DNA from: the human T2T-CHM13v2.0 reference genome, Homo sapiens
DNA: 64,000 bases
Direction: 5' to 3' (one strand)
Assembly (NCBI RefSeq): GCF_009914755.1
Contig: NC_060925.1
Shown here in pieces: positions 38,582 through 52,101 of this stretch. The notes below the pieces were generated by a model. The model saw only the letters and a program-made list of their open reading frames with translations. It ran no database searches and was not told the DNA's origin. Both the position numbers and the translations under genes were made by a program. The first letter of the stretch is position 1; each line of letters opens with the position of its first letter.

Positions 38582-38802
38582 TGCCAGATAAAAGTAGAAG
38601 ATACTCAGTTAAATGTGATTTTAAGATAAACTATAATTTTTTTTAAGTGAAAGGATGTTCTTAGTCAGTCTTGACCCTTGTAGGTGGACTTAGAAAAATT
38701 GCCAGGGCACCTCCAATGACCAGGCTCCATGTTGGATGTACATGTACAACATACACATTTAACTGGACATCGTATATTTTTATTTGTTAAATCTGGCAAC
38801 TC
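38582..38802. mobile_element. MER53-like hAT MITE with its centre replaced
   Basis: Termini tgccagataaaa...cagttaaat and atttaactgg...aaatctggcaac are inverted repeats as in MER53; the middle ~105 bp does not resemble the palindromic core. Confidence 0.7.
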
Positions 38803-38969
38803 AAATCCAAATGAACTGAATTATAATCGCCTTTATAGTTACTTGTCATACTTAATTACCCTTTAAAAAATTATATTCTGGGACACCTTTCAGATATCTT
38901 CTGGTACTTGTTATTATTTTAAAGAGATGACAAATTTGTAGATTAGAAAGTTACTGAATGTATACTTTC

Positions 38970-39045
38970 TCTCCTTATGGAGTCATCATTAACATAAATT
39001 GCCATTTATATTGCTATTTATATTAATGATGACTCCATAAGGAGA
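38970..39045. repeat. Near-perfect inverted repeat / hairpin (76 nt)
   Basis: tctccttatggagtcatcattaa (38970-38992) is the exact reverse complement of 39023-39045; pairing continues inward with 3 mismatches to a 4-nt loop. Confidence 0.97.
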
Positions 39046-42000
39046 AAATTAACTTGCATAAAAATAAAGCTGAATTCTTCATAGGCAAGCATGAAATAAA
39101 TATGCCAGTATAGGCTTCTGGGAACCAGAGAGAGAAATTCTAACTTCATGATTGGAACCAGCTGGACATTTTTAAAAATTTTAATGGCCATGACCATTTA
39201 GACACAAAGAATCTTCCAATTTCAAATCCTGGACAGTTTTTACCAATGATGTCACAACAGAGTACTAATATTTGGGGCTTCAAATGAAATCTTTATCATG
39301 TAGGGATAGATCGAAATTTGAAATTTCACCCATGCTGATTTTAGACAGTGCCAGATTTATACTATTAAAGTTTTAATACTTATCTTACCAGATGATCTTC
39401 GGGTAGCTGATAAGAGATGAAACCTGAGAAATTCATTCCAAATCCCAGTGAGCAGTCATACGGCCCTTTCTCAGGACAGTCTGAAAAAGTTCTATAAAAT
39501 TTCCCTCTCACAAGGGGAACTATTTGTTCATCTGAATTATGCAGTGTGTGAGAGAAGATTTGCTAAGATGTAGCAATTCGCTTCAACATGTGACCTTTGC
39601 TTGCTGAGGTCTCTCAAGCCTTGGGGACAATTTAAAGTGTAGATAATAATCTTGATGATCTCTGGCCCCTAAACTCCCCACAGAAAGATTCCAAATCTCT
39701 CTGCATTTCCTGTGCAGTCCCTAGTGGGACTTACTCATTGATTCAAAACGAGTAAGACTCAATTCTTGACCTCAAAAGTGTGGTAGGAACAATATGGCTG
39801 TGGTCTTGGTCATCACCATTCTCCATCCATGACTGTTGTGCTCTGCTGCCAATGACTCACGGCCCTAAAACTGAGGAAGCATCTCTAAGCCAGGGTCCGC
39901 ATGATTGGTTGCAGAGAGTGCATCTCTCTAGGTGGATCCTGGTAAGCAAGCTGCTGTTTTATATTTTGCAGCATCCCTCTCAAGGAGCCTGCGACGAATC
40001 CCCCGTGCTGGGTCAGAAAATATTTCAATGGTTCTTACTGTGTCTCATTGAAAAGAATCCCTCTCCTCTGATCTTGCACCCAGTGTCCCAACTGTGCTTC
40101 TGTGCATCTCCATTCTTTTCTTCACTACAGTGAGTTTCCTACTTATCCAGGGAACTTTGTCAGTCTTTTATATATTGTGACTCACTTTAGAACCTTATAT
40201 TATATTGTAAGTTTAAGTGTTTTCTTCTCTGTTTTATCCAAAATTACGTACTTATGTAAGTAACAATCTTCTGGATCTACTGTTTTGTTCATTCATCGCT
40301 CTATTTATTCAAATAATATTTTGGCTAAACAATTTCAAGCCAAACAATTTGATTTCTGCCCTCATGAATCTTGTAGCTCAGTAGCAGACACAGGGGCAGC
40401 AGAAATATCATTTAAAAAAAAACAGTATCTGTTGTCTTCTCAATTCTCTCTAAATTTTGTTGTCCTAAAACTTCTCACACATTAAACGAATTACATTCAT
40501 TTTATTCAGAAAGAATGCAGTTCTTGCCTAGAAGAAAGGGATATTACTTGAGTTTGGGTTTCAAATTAGACTTTTAAGTACATTTAGAGCAGTAGTCCTG
40601 AAAGCTAGTTTTACTTAAGAAATAGATTTTCTGAATCCTAAAAATATTCCTTTAAATATCAGACACTAAAGCTTAGAGGATTGACGAGAGCATAAACTAT
40701 AGAACAGGGAGGACTGTATTCCTCAATGGAATCACTGAAGTTCCAGCCCCATGAAGAAGACAAAAAAGTCCTTTCAGTGCTGTGTGAGGAACTGGAGAAA
40801 GATTGAAAAAGGGTAAAACCAGGTGAAGATGCTACCTGGGCCTCGTCTTGCCTCAACATACATCATCTCCTAGGCCTTGACTCAGAGTGGGAATCAGGAA
40901 GAAGACAGTAAGTGTGGGGAGAATGAAAGTACGTTGGACCAAACCAAGTAAACAGAATGAGATTATCTAAGTTGCTGCTTATGGAAGTGATCATCAAGAG
41001 TCCCCATTCATCCTTCTTTCTGGGCATATGGCTCCCTGAAATTAGGCATGGCCATGGGACTTCACTTTGGACAATAACATGTGAGCAGAAGTGATGCTTT
41101 TTACCTCTTAGTAGAAGCACCAAACACACAAGATTCTGCAGGCTGTTTTCTGCTAGGCAGCTGAGAAGGACACAGACGGCACCATAACAAGATATGGAAG
41201 ACTGGCAGCTTGGATTCCTCAGAATGCCAAGCAGCCGTATTTGGTTTCCATCTATCCTTTCTTTATTCTATTTCTCAATTTGTACTAAGCACAAGAGGAG
41301 GAACCAAGTGGTTTTGGGTGGAAATCATGAATTTGGTTTTGAATATATGAGTGTGTGATGCCTGAGACATCGAAGAAAATATGTTAAGTATGTAGATGGA
41401 CATATAAATACAGAATTCATAGGAAACATCTATAGAGATATAAATTCATATGTAGAAAGGATATATAAACCCTGTCTCCCACCCCAACCGCATTTCTTTC
41501 ATTAGAAAAGATATTTTGAATCCAGGAAGGATTTAACTTATGAAGATCCCGTTTAACTGATACTAAGTAGTTTGAAATGGAAAGAACTAAGTTGTTCCCT
41601 GGTTTTGAACTTGCTATTAAGATGAGAGAACCATTGCCTAGTGACCTTAACTTCATCATAGAAACAAAAGAGATTAACAAAAGCAATCAAGATAGTGAAG
41701 AAACATGAATTTTAAATATTCAAGCAATGGTGTTGGGACTATGGTGGGGAAGAGAATGTCAGGAAGAGAAAGAATAGCTATTCAATGTATTAAAATAAAT
41801 TTATGTCAGAAGGGTGGTGTTAGATGTGGTACATTTCCAGAAGATAGAAGATATAGGGGCAAATTTTGCTTTGAAGTAAGCAAGAGCTTAACATTTTTTT
41901 TTCGGCTTCTTAGAGTAATATATCTTCATAGCAAAAATTTTTGAAAAATGTAGAAAAGTAAAATTTTAAAAATCACTCATAAGCTCTTCTCCCAAAGATA

Positions 42001-42482
42001 ATCACTGTTAATATTTTGTGCACATACATATAAATATGTACATATGTTTATTCACTGGTTCATTCAGTAATCGTTTACTAAGCACCTATTATGTTCCAGA
42101 TGCTCCTTTAGGCAGTCCTGTAATTGATGCAATTCTCTACTATAGGACATTTAGGTTGGGTTCACTATCTTTCTACTATACTGAATATCTTTAATATAAA
42201 TTTGTATGTGTGGCTCTGATTATTTGTTTAGTTAATATTCTTAAAGTAGACTTTCTGAGTCAAAAGATATTCTGAAATTGCTTCCTCCCAAATGATTGAT
42301 ATACTTTTTCATTAGCAGTGTAGAAAAGAATTATTTTCAACTGCACTTACAAACATCATATTTTTGGTTAATCTGTGCTGATGAAAGTTAAAACACATAT
42401 ATTTAATTTGCATTTTTTTTACCAATAAGATTGAAAATTTTTGTGTTTTTAGTGAATTAGTATATCATTTACATTTAAAGTT

Positions 42483-42843
42483 GAATGTAGACTGAAAGTT
42501 TATATCCCACCAAATTCATGTGTTGTGACCTAATCCCCAGTGTGATGGTATTTGAAGTTGAGGCTTTTGGAAGGTGATTAGGTCATGAAAGTGAAGCCCT
42601 CATAAATGGCATTAGCACCTTTATAAAAGAGATGACAGATGTGCCCTTGTCCCTTCCACCATGTGAGGATGCAGCAAGAAGACACTGTCTATGAACCAGG
42701 GTACAGGTTCTCAGCAGACACTGAATCTGCTGGCACCTTGGTCTTGAACTTCCTAGCCTCCAGAAATGTGAAAATAAATTGCTGTTGCTTATAAACCACC
42801 CAATCTATGGTACTCTGTTATAGCAGCTCAAAGGACTAAGACA
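42483..42843 (+). mobile_element. MaLR LTR (MLT1A0-like)
   Basis: cctaatccccagtgtgatggtattt...gaatctgctggcaccttg...ggactaagaca, about 360 bp. Confidence 0.85.
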
Positions 42844-43027
42844 GTTAAGTAAATTTAAATAATGTATAAAATATTTATAAAGAATAAAGAGAAAATAAGC
42901 TCCAAATGCCCATCACCCATCTTAAGAAAATAAATACTTTTATTACCTTTCAAACCTCTGTGCACTTTAGTATATCCTTCCCCCTCCAAAGAAAGTACTA
43001 TTCTCAACTTTGAGTTTATCATTTTCT

Positions 43028-43332
<305 letters not shown>

Positions 43333-43623
43333 GAGTTTATAATTTTCTTACTTTAGCATTTTACCACATACATTTCTATGTCAAATGACATAGTGCTTAT
43401 TTTTGTATTTTAAAAAGCGGTATGAGTGGTCTCATACTGTACACAAACTTTCACACATACCCCAAATCTCCTTTGTACTCAACATTAAGAGATGTAAGCC
43501 TGTTTTTTCATATGGTTGTATTTCATTCATTTTCACTGTTAAAGTACAACGTATAATATATAGTGTTATATACAATATTTTTTAGTCTTTCTTCCATTAA
43601 TTAACATTTGAGTTGTTTCTAGT

Positions 43624-44038
43624 TATATTAGTCCATTTTGCATTGCTATACAGGAATACCTGAGGCTGGGTAATTTCTAAAGAAAATATGTTTATTTGGC
43701 TCATGGTTCTGCAGACTGTACAAGAAACATGGCCCCAGAATCTGCTTCTGATAAGAGCCTCAGGAAGCTTCCAATCATAGCAGAAGGTGAAGGGGGAGCA
43801 GGTGTGTCACATGGCAAGAAAGAAAGCACGAGAGAGAGGAGGAGGTGCCAGTCTCATTTTAAACAACCAGCTCTTGTGAATAGAGTGAAAACTCACACAT
43901 TACTGCAGGGAGGGCACTAAGCAATTCATGAGGGATCCACTCCCATCACCCAAACACCTCCTACTGGGCCCCACCTTCAACATTAGGAGTCACATTTCAA
44001 CGTGTGATTTGGAGGAGACAGACATCCAAACTATATCA
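43624..44038 (-). mobile_element. MaLR LTR (MSTB-like)
   Basis: tattagtccattttgcattgct...catccaaactatatca; 5-bp TSD ctagt. Confidence 0.88.
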
Positions 44039-44319
44039 CTAGTTTTGTGATATTACAAAGTATGTTGCTTTGAGTATTTTGTATGGCATTTCTATCCATT
44101 TATATGTGCAAGGGTTTCTCTATGGAATAGTTGTGGGAGCTTAATCCCTGTGTCATAGAATGAGTGCATTTGTGATTTAAAAAATAAGTTGTTGTTATCA
44201 TTTTATATTGATTTACATCCCCATAAAAAGACTTAAGTATTGTTACAAAGCGTACCAATTTACATTTTTACCCAAAGACATAGATGTCTAGTTGTTTCAT
44301 ATCCATGCCAACACTGAGT

Positions 44320-44503
44320 ATTTTTATTTTTATTTTTAATTTTTTTTAGAGACAGTCTCATTATGTTGTCCAGGCTAGAGTGCAGTGACTACTCATACAC
44401 ATGATCATAGTGCACAATAGCCTTGAACTCCTGGGCTCAAATGATTTTCTTGCTTTAGCCTCTGAAGCAGCTGGAACTACAGGTGCATGCCACTGTGCCT
44501 GGC
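44320..44503 (-). mobile_element. Fossil Alu monomer (FAM-like)
   Basis: Single monomer retaining the extra 7SL-derived segment (gtgcagtgactactcatacacatgatcatagtgc) that dimeric Alu arms lack. Confidence 0.75.
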
Positions 44504-44769
44504 CTAACATAATATTATCAGATATTTTCAGATTTTCCAATTTGGTGCATATAAAATACTATCTCATTGTGAGTTTGTTTTGTACTTTTCAGATTACTAA
44601 TGATGTTGGACATGTTTTTTTTTGTGTGTGTTTGGCTAATTCCTATTTTCTCTACTTTTCCTTTTGTCTCCCCCCTCTGCTTCCCTTTACTTGTTAGTTT
44701 GACATTATTGCATTATCAGAGTACATAACAATAGATTACACTCCATTATTGTTATTGTTGCCTCATCTG

Positions 44770-45245
44770 TTGCAATAACTGGGAATCACATGTATCTTTA
44801 AAAACTGATAAATCAAGCAATAGAAATTAAATATAATAATACAAAGAGAAACACTAAGAATTATACTATTAATGACTATTGATCACACTTAACATAGTGA
44901 GTTTTATGAGAAAGTGTTTAAAATATCCAAGGAGATGTTGCCTTCCATTTTATAGAAATTTTCCAGAGCATGGAATCAGATGGGATCATTTCTACATAAT
45001 TTTAGAAAGTTAGCAAAATCTAACCAAAAAATAGTACTAATCAATTATTCTCTAATTATGAGCAGAGACACAAAGCTACAAAAGGATATATTAGCAAATA
45101 GATTCTTAAAAAAAACTACATGAAAAACAGGTAGAATTTATTCCTCATATACAAAAAAATTAGTATTATGAATTCTACTTATGTAATGTATTTAACAATA
45201 GGTCAAAGGAAGAAAGCTACAAAACCAATTCAATAACATCTGAAG
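44770..45245 (+). mobile_element. Ancient L1M ORF2 fragment
   Basis: A-rich sequence with atattagcaaatagattc and related RT-region remnants. Confidence 0.5.
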
Positions 45246-45899
45246 CCTGAGAGGAAAATGAAAGACAAGAGGCTGTGGCTGCAGCTGTGTCTGCTGACAA
45301 CAGGATAAAAATGGTTGCATTGAGAGTGAGCTGCATTTTCACCAGGCAGAGCAAACTGGGAGCAAATGTGTTTCTTGGAAATCAAAAGAGGACTCCAAGA
45401 AAAGAAGCTTTTAAGAGGACTGGCTGGAGAGTCAAAGAAGATCCATTAGCTTCTGGACCACTGAAAACCTAAGGGCTGATGGTGGGGCAGGGTAAGTGGC
45501 CGGCAGCAGGGAGACATTTTCTGTATCTAGGATGGTATAGAAAAGACCCCCACTGGACAGATCTACAAAGAACAACTAAAGAGTCTCATGGTAGAACAGG
45601 TCAGCTCTGGACATCATTCAAATCCAGGGGAGCCTCTTATACTGGATTGCAATTGTGTTGGGCATGTACAATGGTGTTCTTTTTCTCTAATGGCTTCTTT
45701 CTTCTGGTCAGTCTCTGGAAGGGGTGAAAGAGTGAGAAATAGTAGCCAGCAAGTGTAGAAAGAGATGTGGAAGAGAGAACGGGGAAACAGAAATTGCATT
45801 TCTCCCACGTTCCAAATGTAGGTTATCCGGGTTAAATGTAGGCCCCACCTGACTAGGCAAAGATTTTTTCCTTTGTTGTGAGTTTGAAAAGAACTAAAC

Positions 45900-46110
45900 A
45901 TCATACTGAAGTGGAATTATTGAAATTGGATAGACCCAGGTTCAAATGTTGACTCAGTTATGTAACATCTTGTGAATTTTGACAAGTTCCTTAACTCCAC
46001 TGAGTCTGTTTTTATACCCATGAAATGGATGTAGGACTGTTATGAACATTAATTGAAAAATTATATATAAAATAAGTGTCCAGCATAGTTCCTGGCACAT
46101 ACTAGTGCTT
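45900..46110 (+). mobile_element. MIR
   Basis: agacccaggttcaaat...gacaagttccttaactccactgagtctg...gcatagttcctggcacata. Confidence 0.75.
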
Positions 46111-46539
46111 GAAAACTACCAATCAACTTCATCAATTTGTGTTATGCCCTGCATGGGCACATATTTGTCCTGATACTCTTCAAAATGTAGAAGTACCCAC
46201 AGAAAAATTGTCTCAGTTCAAGCACAGTATTATTAATATTCTACTGAGTACTAAGTATGGTCGTTAATAGTCTAATATGAGGAAGTCAAAACAGTCTCTG
46301 GAAAAAGTCTTTCTGCAAGCTTTTTGAAGCTTCAGGGATTGCTACAAAGACTGGAAAATCGATCTTGAACTCAGCCTTTTAATTTCTTTTCATGATTACT
46401 GTTCTCAAATGGAGAATGCAATTAAAATTAATGCTGTCTTAGTTCACTTGCCTCAAAATAAACATTGATCAAATTCTATGTGAAGGGTCTGTAACATCTC
46501 TTCTATAATCATTTTAAAATATATTAACAGAGATCTGTG

Positions 46540-46720
46540 TATTGTAGAACAAAGGGGACTGTTTCTGGGAGACAGGAGTTCTGAGTTCTGGCTCTAGCTC
46601 TGCCATGTTCTGTGTGACCTACGAAAAGGCACGTCTTCTGTTTGAGTCCCCTTCTCCTCTGTAAGATGGGTACATTAATACTTCACAGGAGTACTTAAGG
46701 ATCACACACGTCAAGCATGA
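46540..46720 (+). mobile_element. MIR fragment
   Basis: ctgagttctggctctagctctgcca...tgtgtgacct...ctgtaagatggg. Confidence 0.6.
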
Positions 46721-47939
46721 TAATGGCAAAAATTACAATAAACTTACAATGAAATATTATGGTTGCTACCTACATTCCTGAAAAAATCTGATTAACACAA
46801 GCCTCCCAGATATCAAGATCATTGGGACTTCACACAAATATGTTACAATGCTTATTGTTATTATGGTATGAAGCGAATGTTACATGGAGTACTCAGAGGG
46901 CTAACTAGCTTATGTTATAATGAAGGTTATTTCTTTCATTTTTTGATGACAGCCAAAAAGAGAGAGATATGAAAGTAGTGTTCACATACTGCTGAACATT
47001 AAACATATTTATTAAATATTTATACCTCAAATGATCTAAAATGATCAGAAACTGAGATATGATACATATAATTTTGCACTCTTTTCCAAACAGCTTACTT
47101 TTGCTAGAGCAAAATGTCAGTCCAGGCTTATAGTTGGTCAAATGTACCATTTAGATTTACTTAATTTTTCTCCTCAGAGACTTCTCTGATGTCTCAACAA
47201 ACTGTCAACCAGGAGATGGTTTACTGCTACAAATATTAACTTAGCTCTTGTCAAAACCTGTTAGCCATGACATGAGCTCTTACACTTTTATGGAACTTCT
47301 AGATTTCAGTTTAGATGGAAATAAAAAATATTCTATTGCTATAGCATAAATCTGCCTTTAATAGCCTAAGTGTTGAATTGTGGCTATCAAAAAGAGTACA
47401 CACTGTGCATAGGGGATAATTAACACTTAAATAGAAGCATAACTATGCCAGGGATTGTTTTTATCAGCCATCACAGGGTCATAAATTTCACATTATAAAA
47501 GTTTGTCCTTCTACCAGCCTTGATTGGGCTAAACAAAATGTTCACTCTTAATTTCAGATCATGAAACCAGCAACATTTATATCCAGACTGATGCCAGAGG
47601 AGGTAAAATTTCCCTGAAGGGGGAATAAAAGTTATCTGCTACCCTGATAGAAGGACTGACCCAACTGCATGCTCATACTTGCCATCAATAATTACTAGAT
47701 GAGAAAGAAATGAGAAATCACCTTTTTGACAGGATTTGAGACATCAAAAAGGTCCTATTTTGCTGGCTCAGAGAGCTACTATTTCAGGGGTAGTAGACTT
47801 CAGAGGTAACATTTCTCAGGATTACCTAAAACAAAAAGGGTAAGAAGATGCAAAGGAAATCCTTATGAAAAGAAGCTCAAGTTTCTCTTAACAAATATTT
47901 ATTTACCCATTTTTCTTCCTCTAAATATCCAGGCTAACT

Positions 47940-48330
47940 GTGTTTCATTCAACATTCAACAAATATTTATTGATCAACTAATAGTTTTTTTTAAAATTCT
48001 TTAAGACATTGGTGACAAAGGTGGATAAGGCATAGTCCCTATTTTTAAAGAGCACATTGTGTTTGGGAAAGAAAAATGTGTAACCAAGCAATCAGGAAAT
48101 AATAGGGTATGATGGAAAAGGCCTACTCAATGCTATGGGAGAACAGAAGCATGAAAAAATCTATATTGCTAAAGGGTTTCAATAAATATTTCACAGAGAG
48201 ACTAACATTTAGTATGAGTCTTGAAGGTTAAATAAAAGATGATATTCCAGGAAAAAAGAAATTGATTGTGCAAAAGCATGGAATATTAAAAAGCATGCCA
48301 CCTCCAGGAAATAAGTAATTAAGTATGTTT
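47940..48330 (-). mobile_element. L2 3' fragment
   Basis: cattcaacaaatatttattga (antisense L2 tail) and downstream L2 motifs. Confidence 0.65.
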
Positions 48331-48359
48331 GTCTGGATGATAGTTTTATTAGAAGAGAT

Positions 48360-48890
48360 TGTCAACTGCCAACTCTCAAGACACCAGCAAAATCACATGT
48401 TTGATCAAGCAAAGAGAAGTTTATTTCTTACTGTAGTAAGGGAATCCACTGACTACCTTGGTGGAGTCTTAGTGGTGTTTTGCAAGGGAAGAATCAAAAC
48501 TGGCATTTGTAAAGATTTAGAGTCTACTTTAAGGCATGTCTTTCAGTGAAGTGGTCTGATTGGTACTGAAAGATGTTATAATATAATAATGTATAATTAA
48601 TGGACACAGTAAAGGGAGTACACTGAAGAGTCTTTAAGAGTAAATAATCATTTGTTGGGCCCAGCTTAATAATCTATTGTTTCGAGAAGAGGCTATTTAC
48701 TTAAAGAGAATGAATTGATTTTTCAGATAAATAAATTTTGAAGATTCTGAAATAAGCAGTTATTTGCAACTCCATCTTCCTGGGCAAGGATTTCCTGGAA
48801 TAATTAAGTCAGGTTAATGCACAGGTTGAAAAGTTAAATTGTGTTAATATAGACAGTAAGCTGTCTGGGTGTATATGCTTTCAGTTTTCA
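48360..48890. mobile_element. Probable old ERV LTR (family not assigned)
   Basis: Starts tgtcaactg; aagtttatttcttactg resembles an antisense poly(A) region; size fits an LTR. Weak call. Confidence 0.35.
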
Positions 48891-49024
48891 AGAATAGAAA
48901 TAGACAAAATTTGAAACAGAATTTGAAGCTGAATCGGGCCATTTTGAAGAATTTGAAATGGGAAAAGAAAGGGGAAGGGATCAAGCTTTGCCCCATGCTA
49001 AAGTTCCTTAAAAGAAGTTAATTT

Positions 49025-49435
49025 TTATAGCAATCCTATAAGACAGATATTATTATACCCATATTCCAGATGATACTGAAGCTTAGGAAATTTATATTTT
49101 TAAAAATAATCCTTGCCCAGTGTCTCTTAAGGAATAGCGGAGCCAGATTTCAAACCCAGTCCTAGATGAACCCAAATCCTCTTGCTCTTTCCCTTACACA
49201 GTGTATTTTCAGTAGACCATAATGCAAAGTAGACTACTTTCAGTAGACTGTAAAGTAGAGGTCCAAAATGAAACGTTTTCTTTTAGAGATTGACTACTCA
49301 AGGTGTGGACCCATGGACCACCTGGTTGTTTATTAGAAATGCAGAACTTGAAGCTTCACCCCAGAACTACTGAAACAAAATTTGCTAACAAGATCTCAGG
49401 TAATTGTTGTGTGCATTAAACTTTGAGAAGCAGTT
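49025..49435. mobile_element. MIR (about 49025-49200) and MER5A (about 49291-49435)
   Basis: attataccccatattccagatga...gccagatttcaaacccag (MIR); ctcaaggtgtgg...ttagaaatgcaga...tttgagaagcagt (MER5A). Confidence 0.7.
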
Positions 49436-50772
49436 TTAGAAAACTTTGTAGAGTTCTTGAGTTGCCATCTCCATAAGGTGAGCTCTTGTTGCACAATGGA
49501 ATTTTCTGCACTAGTTTCTAGCCTTGTCTTTTTTCCCTTGTCTTCCTCATCTATGACAGGAAAACGAAAGCAATAGAGACTTCACTAGCATAATATGCTA
49601 TGGAAACTCTGCTATGGAAGTATAATTAATTTAGCAAGAGTTGCTTTTCTTATAGATGTTCCTCCCTTAAGACTTTGAACACTTGAATCTACTCCTAGGT
49701 GGAAAGTAAAACCTACCATCTAAGATGGAGCTCCTCTCCAGGACAGAAATGAGACTGTGGATTAGGTGATGAAGCAAGGAAGAATAGAAGGGAATAAAAG
49801 ACCAAAGGAAAGGTGGGAGGAGGAAGAAATGGGAGAAAAGACACTGGAGACCAGACTTCAAAGAGACTGCTAACTATCCACCAAGAGACATTAGTAGGGA
49901 CTTTTTGGGAAAACAAATGTTTTATATCATCTGAATCTATGTATGTTGGAAATAATAAGATCATAATATTTCCTTTTTGTAAATTATTTGTAGCTGCTTA
50001 GTAACTAAGTCTTTCATCACTTTCTTCATTTATTCACTCATCAACACATTTCTTCAATGCCTACAATATGTCACTGTTCTAGGCAGTAGAGATACATTCT
50101 TTAAATTCACGGCTTCTTGGTTCTTATATTCTTGTGGGAAGAAGAGAGAGAGAATTAATATGGGGAAAATATGATTTCAGATGTCAAAATTAGAGAACTT
50201 CTCCAGGTATAGTTAAAAATAGATACTAAGACTAAGAGGACAAGTGGCGTTTGAAATCAGTATTTTTGTGAGGGAAGTGGACAAAAGCAGGGAGGCTGCA
50301 CATCTAACAGAATGATGCATCACCGTGCCTTATTTCCAGTCAGTATTCAGCACTCGGATGGGCATTGCAGCTCAGATGGGAGGTGAAAAGGGAGTGTTCC
50401 TTGTACCCTGTGGGCATTTTGTGGTATTTCTCAATTTCTTATCTACAGCATTCTCTTTTTAGGCTTTACACACAAGGCACTCTTAATTTTCCTGCCTTCA
50501 GATCTTGTTGCTCAACCTCTCTTGTACATTTTTTTCTGGCTGTTAAAAGTAACAAAAAATATTTGCCCAATTATCACCTAAGAAAGCCTCCCAGCAACAT
50601 GACTTGCAGCTCCTGGGGCATTTTCTGTGTGACACATCTCTATTTTAGAAGCTTCTGTGGGACAACCTGCAGAGTGGCCTAGTTGTTCATCTGTGACTGG
50701 GTAATGTGGCCCAGTGATGTGGTAGAGGTTCTAACCCACTTCCCTTAAGGCAAAGGTTTTTCACCGTGTTCA

Positions 50773-50887
50773 CTCTAGGTGTGTGGATAATGATAACTGC
50801 AGTCTGTATAGCGTGTGACAGTTTACAAGGGCTCTAGGTGTGTGGATAATAACTGCTGTTTGTATAGTGTGTGACAGTTTGCAAGGG
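50773..50887. repeat. About 58-bp tandem duplication at the edge of a MIR
   Basis: ctctaggtgtgtggataat...gtgtgacagttt(a/g)caaggg at 50773 and 50832. Confidence 0.9.
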
Positions 50888-51743
50888 TGTTCATCACACT
50901 GTCTAATATTGTTATTTATATATTACAGCTAAGAAAATGGGTATACAAAGACAGTAAGCATCCTTCCCCAAAATCTCTGTGCCCAGGAAGCAAGTGCCAT
51001 GTCTTCTGATTTCCAACCCGTCTGTTCTTCCCACTCTTCCAATGCTGATACTCCATCATAGTGAGTCCCTCTTCCTCTCCTTCTGCTGGCTTTTTCCTCT
51101 CCTTGTTATAGTTTGGAATTTTTTAAGGCTAAAGGAAAAGAAAAGAAAAATCAAAGAAAAGATTAAAAGCCATCCTTAATTAACTGCTGACATTATCTTA
51201 CCTTACCTTTCATTTTCAGTGCCTTGTTTATAGGCATGAAATGCTTAGCATTCTTCTATCACCATTTTAAAAAATAAAAGTAGCATTATTAGAACCTCCC
51301 TTCACAAATTGTAGACAACATTGCTAGTCCTATTGGCACTAAATAGGACTAGTTTTTGACTTTAGATCTCAAAATAAACTAGGTCTTTTTTTTTTTTTTA
51401 ACTTGTCATTGTTGTTATATACTAGTGTTATTTGTTAAGGCCATAATTAGGAGATAATGTTTGGCTTTGAGAGGGAATCTAACCACACATATCTCTCTGA
51501 GCACAAAAGCTTCAGTAAAACTTACTTTAAATTTTATGCATTCTTACACTTAATTTTCCCGACTTCAGGTCCCTTTGCTCAACCCCTCTTGTAGATTTTT
51601 TTTTTCTTCTGGATGCTAACAACAACAAAAAAGCATGCCATCGATATCTGCGCAATTATCACCTAATAAAGCCTCCTAGAAACATGACTTGCTGCCCATG
51701 GGGCATTTTCTGTGTGACACAGCTCTCTATTTAAGAAGCTTTA

Positions 51744-52033
51744 GCTCCAGAGCTGTGGCTCACTCCTAGAATCTCAGCATTTTGGGAGGCTGAGGAGGGC
51801 AGATCACCTGAGGTTAAGTGTTCAAGGCCAGCCTGGCCAACATGGTGAAACCTCATCTCTACTAAAAATACAAAAATTAGCCAAAGCGTGGTGGCATGTA
51901 CCTGTAATCCCAGCTACTTGGTGTCTGAGGCAAAAGAATTGCTTGAACCCAGAAAGCAGAGGTTGCAGTGAGCCAAGATTGCACCACTGCATTCCAGCCC
52001 AGGCAACAGAGTGAGACTGTCTAAAAAAAAAAA

Positions 52034-52101
<68 letters not shown>

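Noticed and set aside
39026-39073. Box C (ATGATGA) and box D (CTGA) suggesting a C/D snoRNA
   Set aside because: Only about 48 nt, no terminal stem, and box C is buried in the long hairpin.
39780-40133. 117-aa ORF in unique sequence
   Set aside because: Non-ATG start, no recognisable homology, and a length compatible with chance.
40663-40907. Possible + strand exon ending at ACA|gtaagt
   Set aside because: Good donor but weak acceptor, no supporting frame, and ambiguous boundaries.
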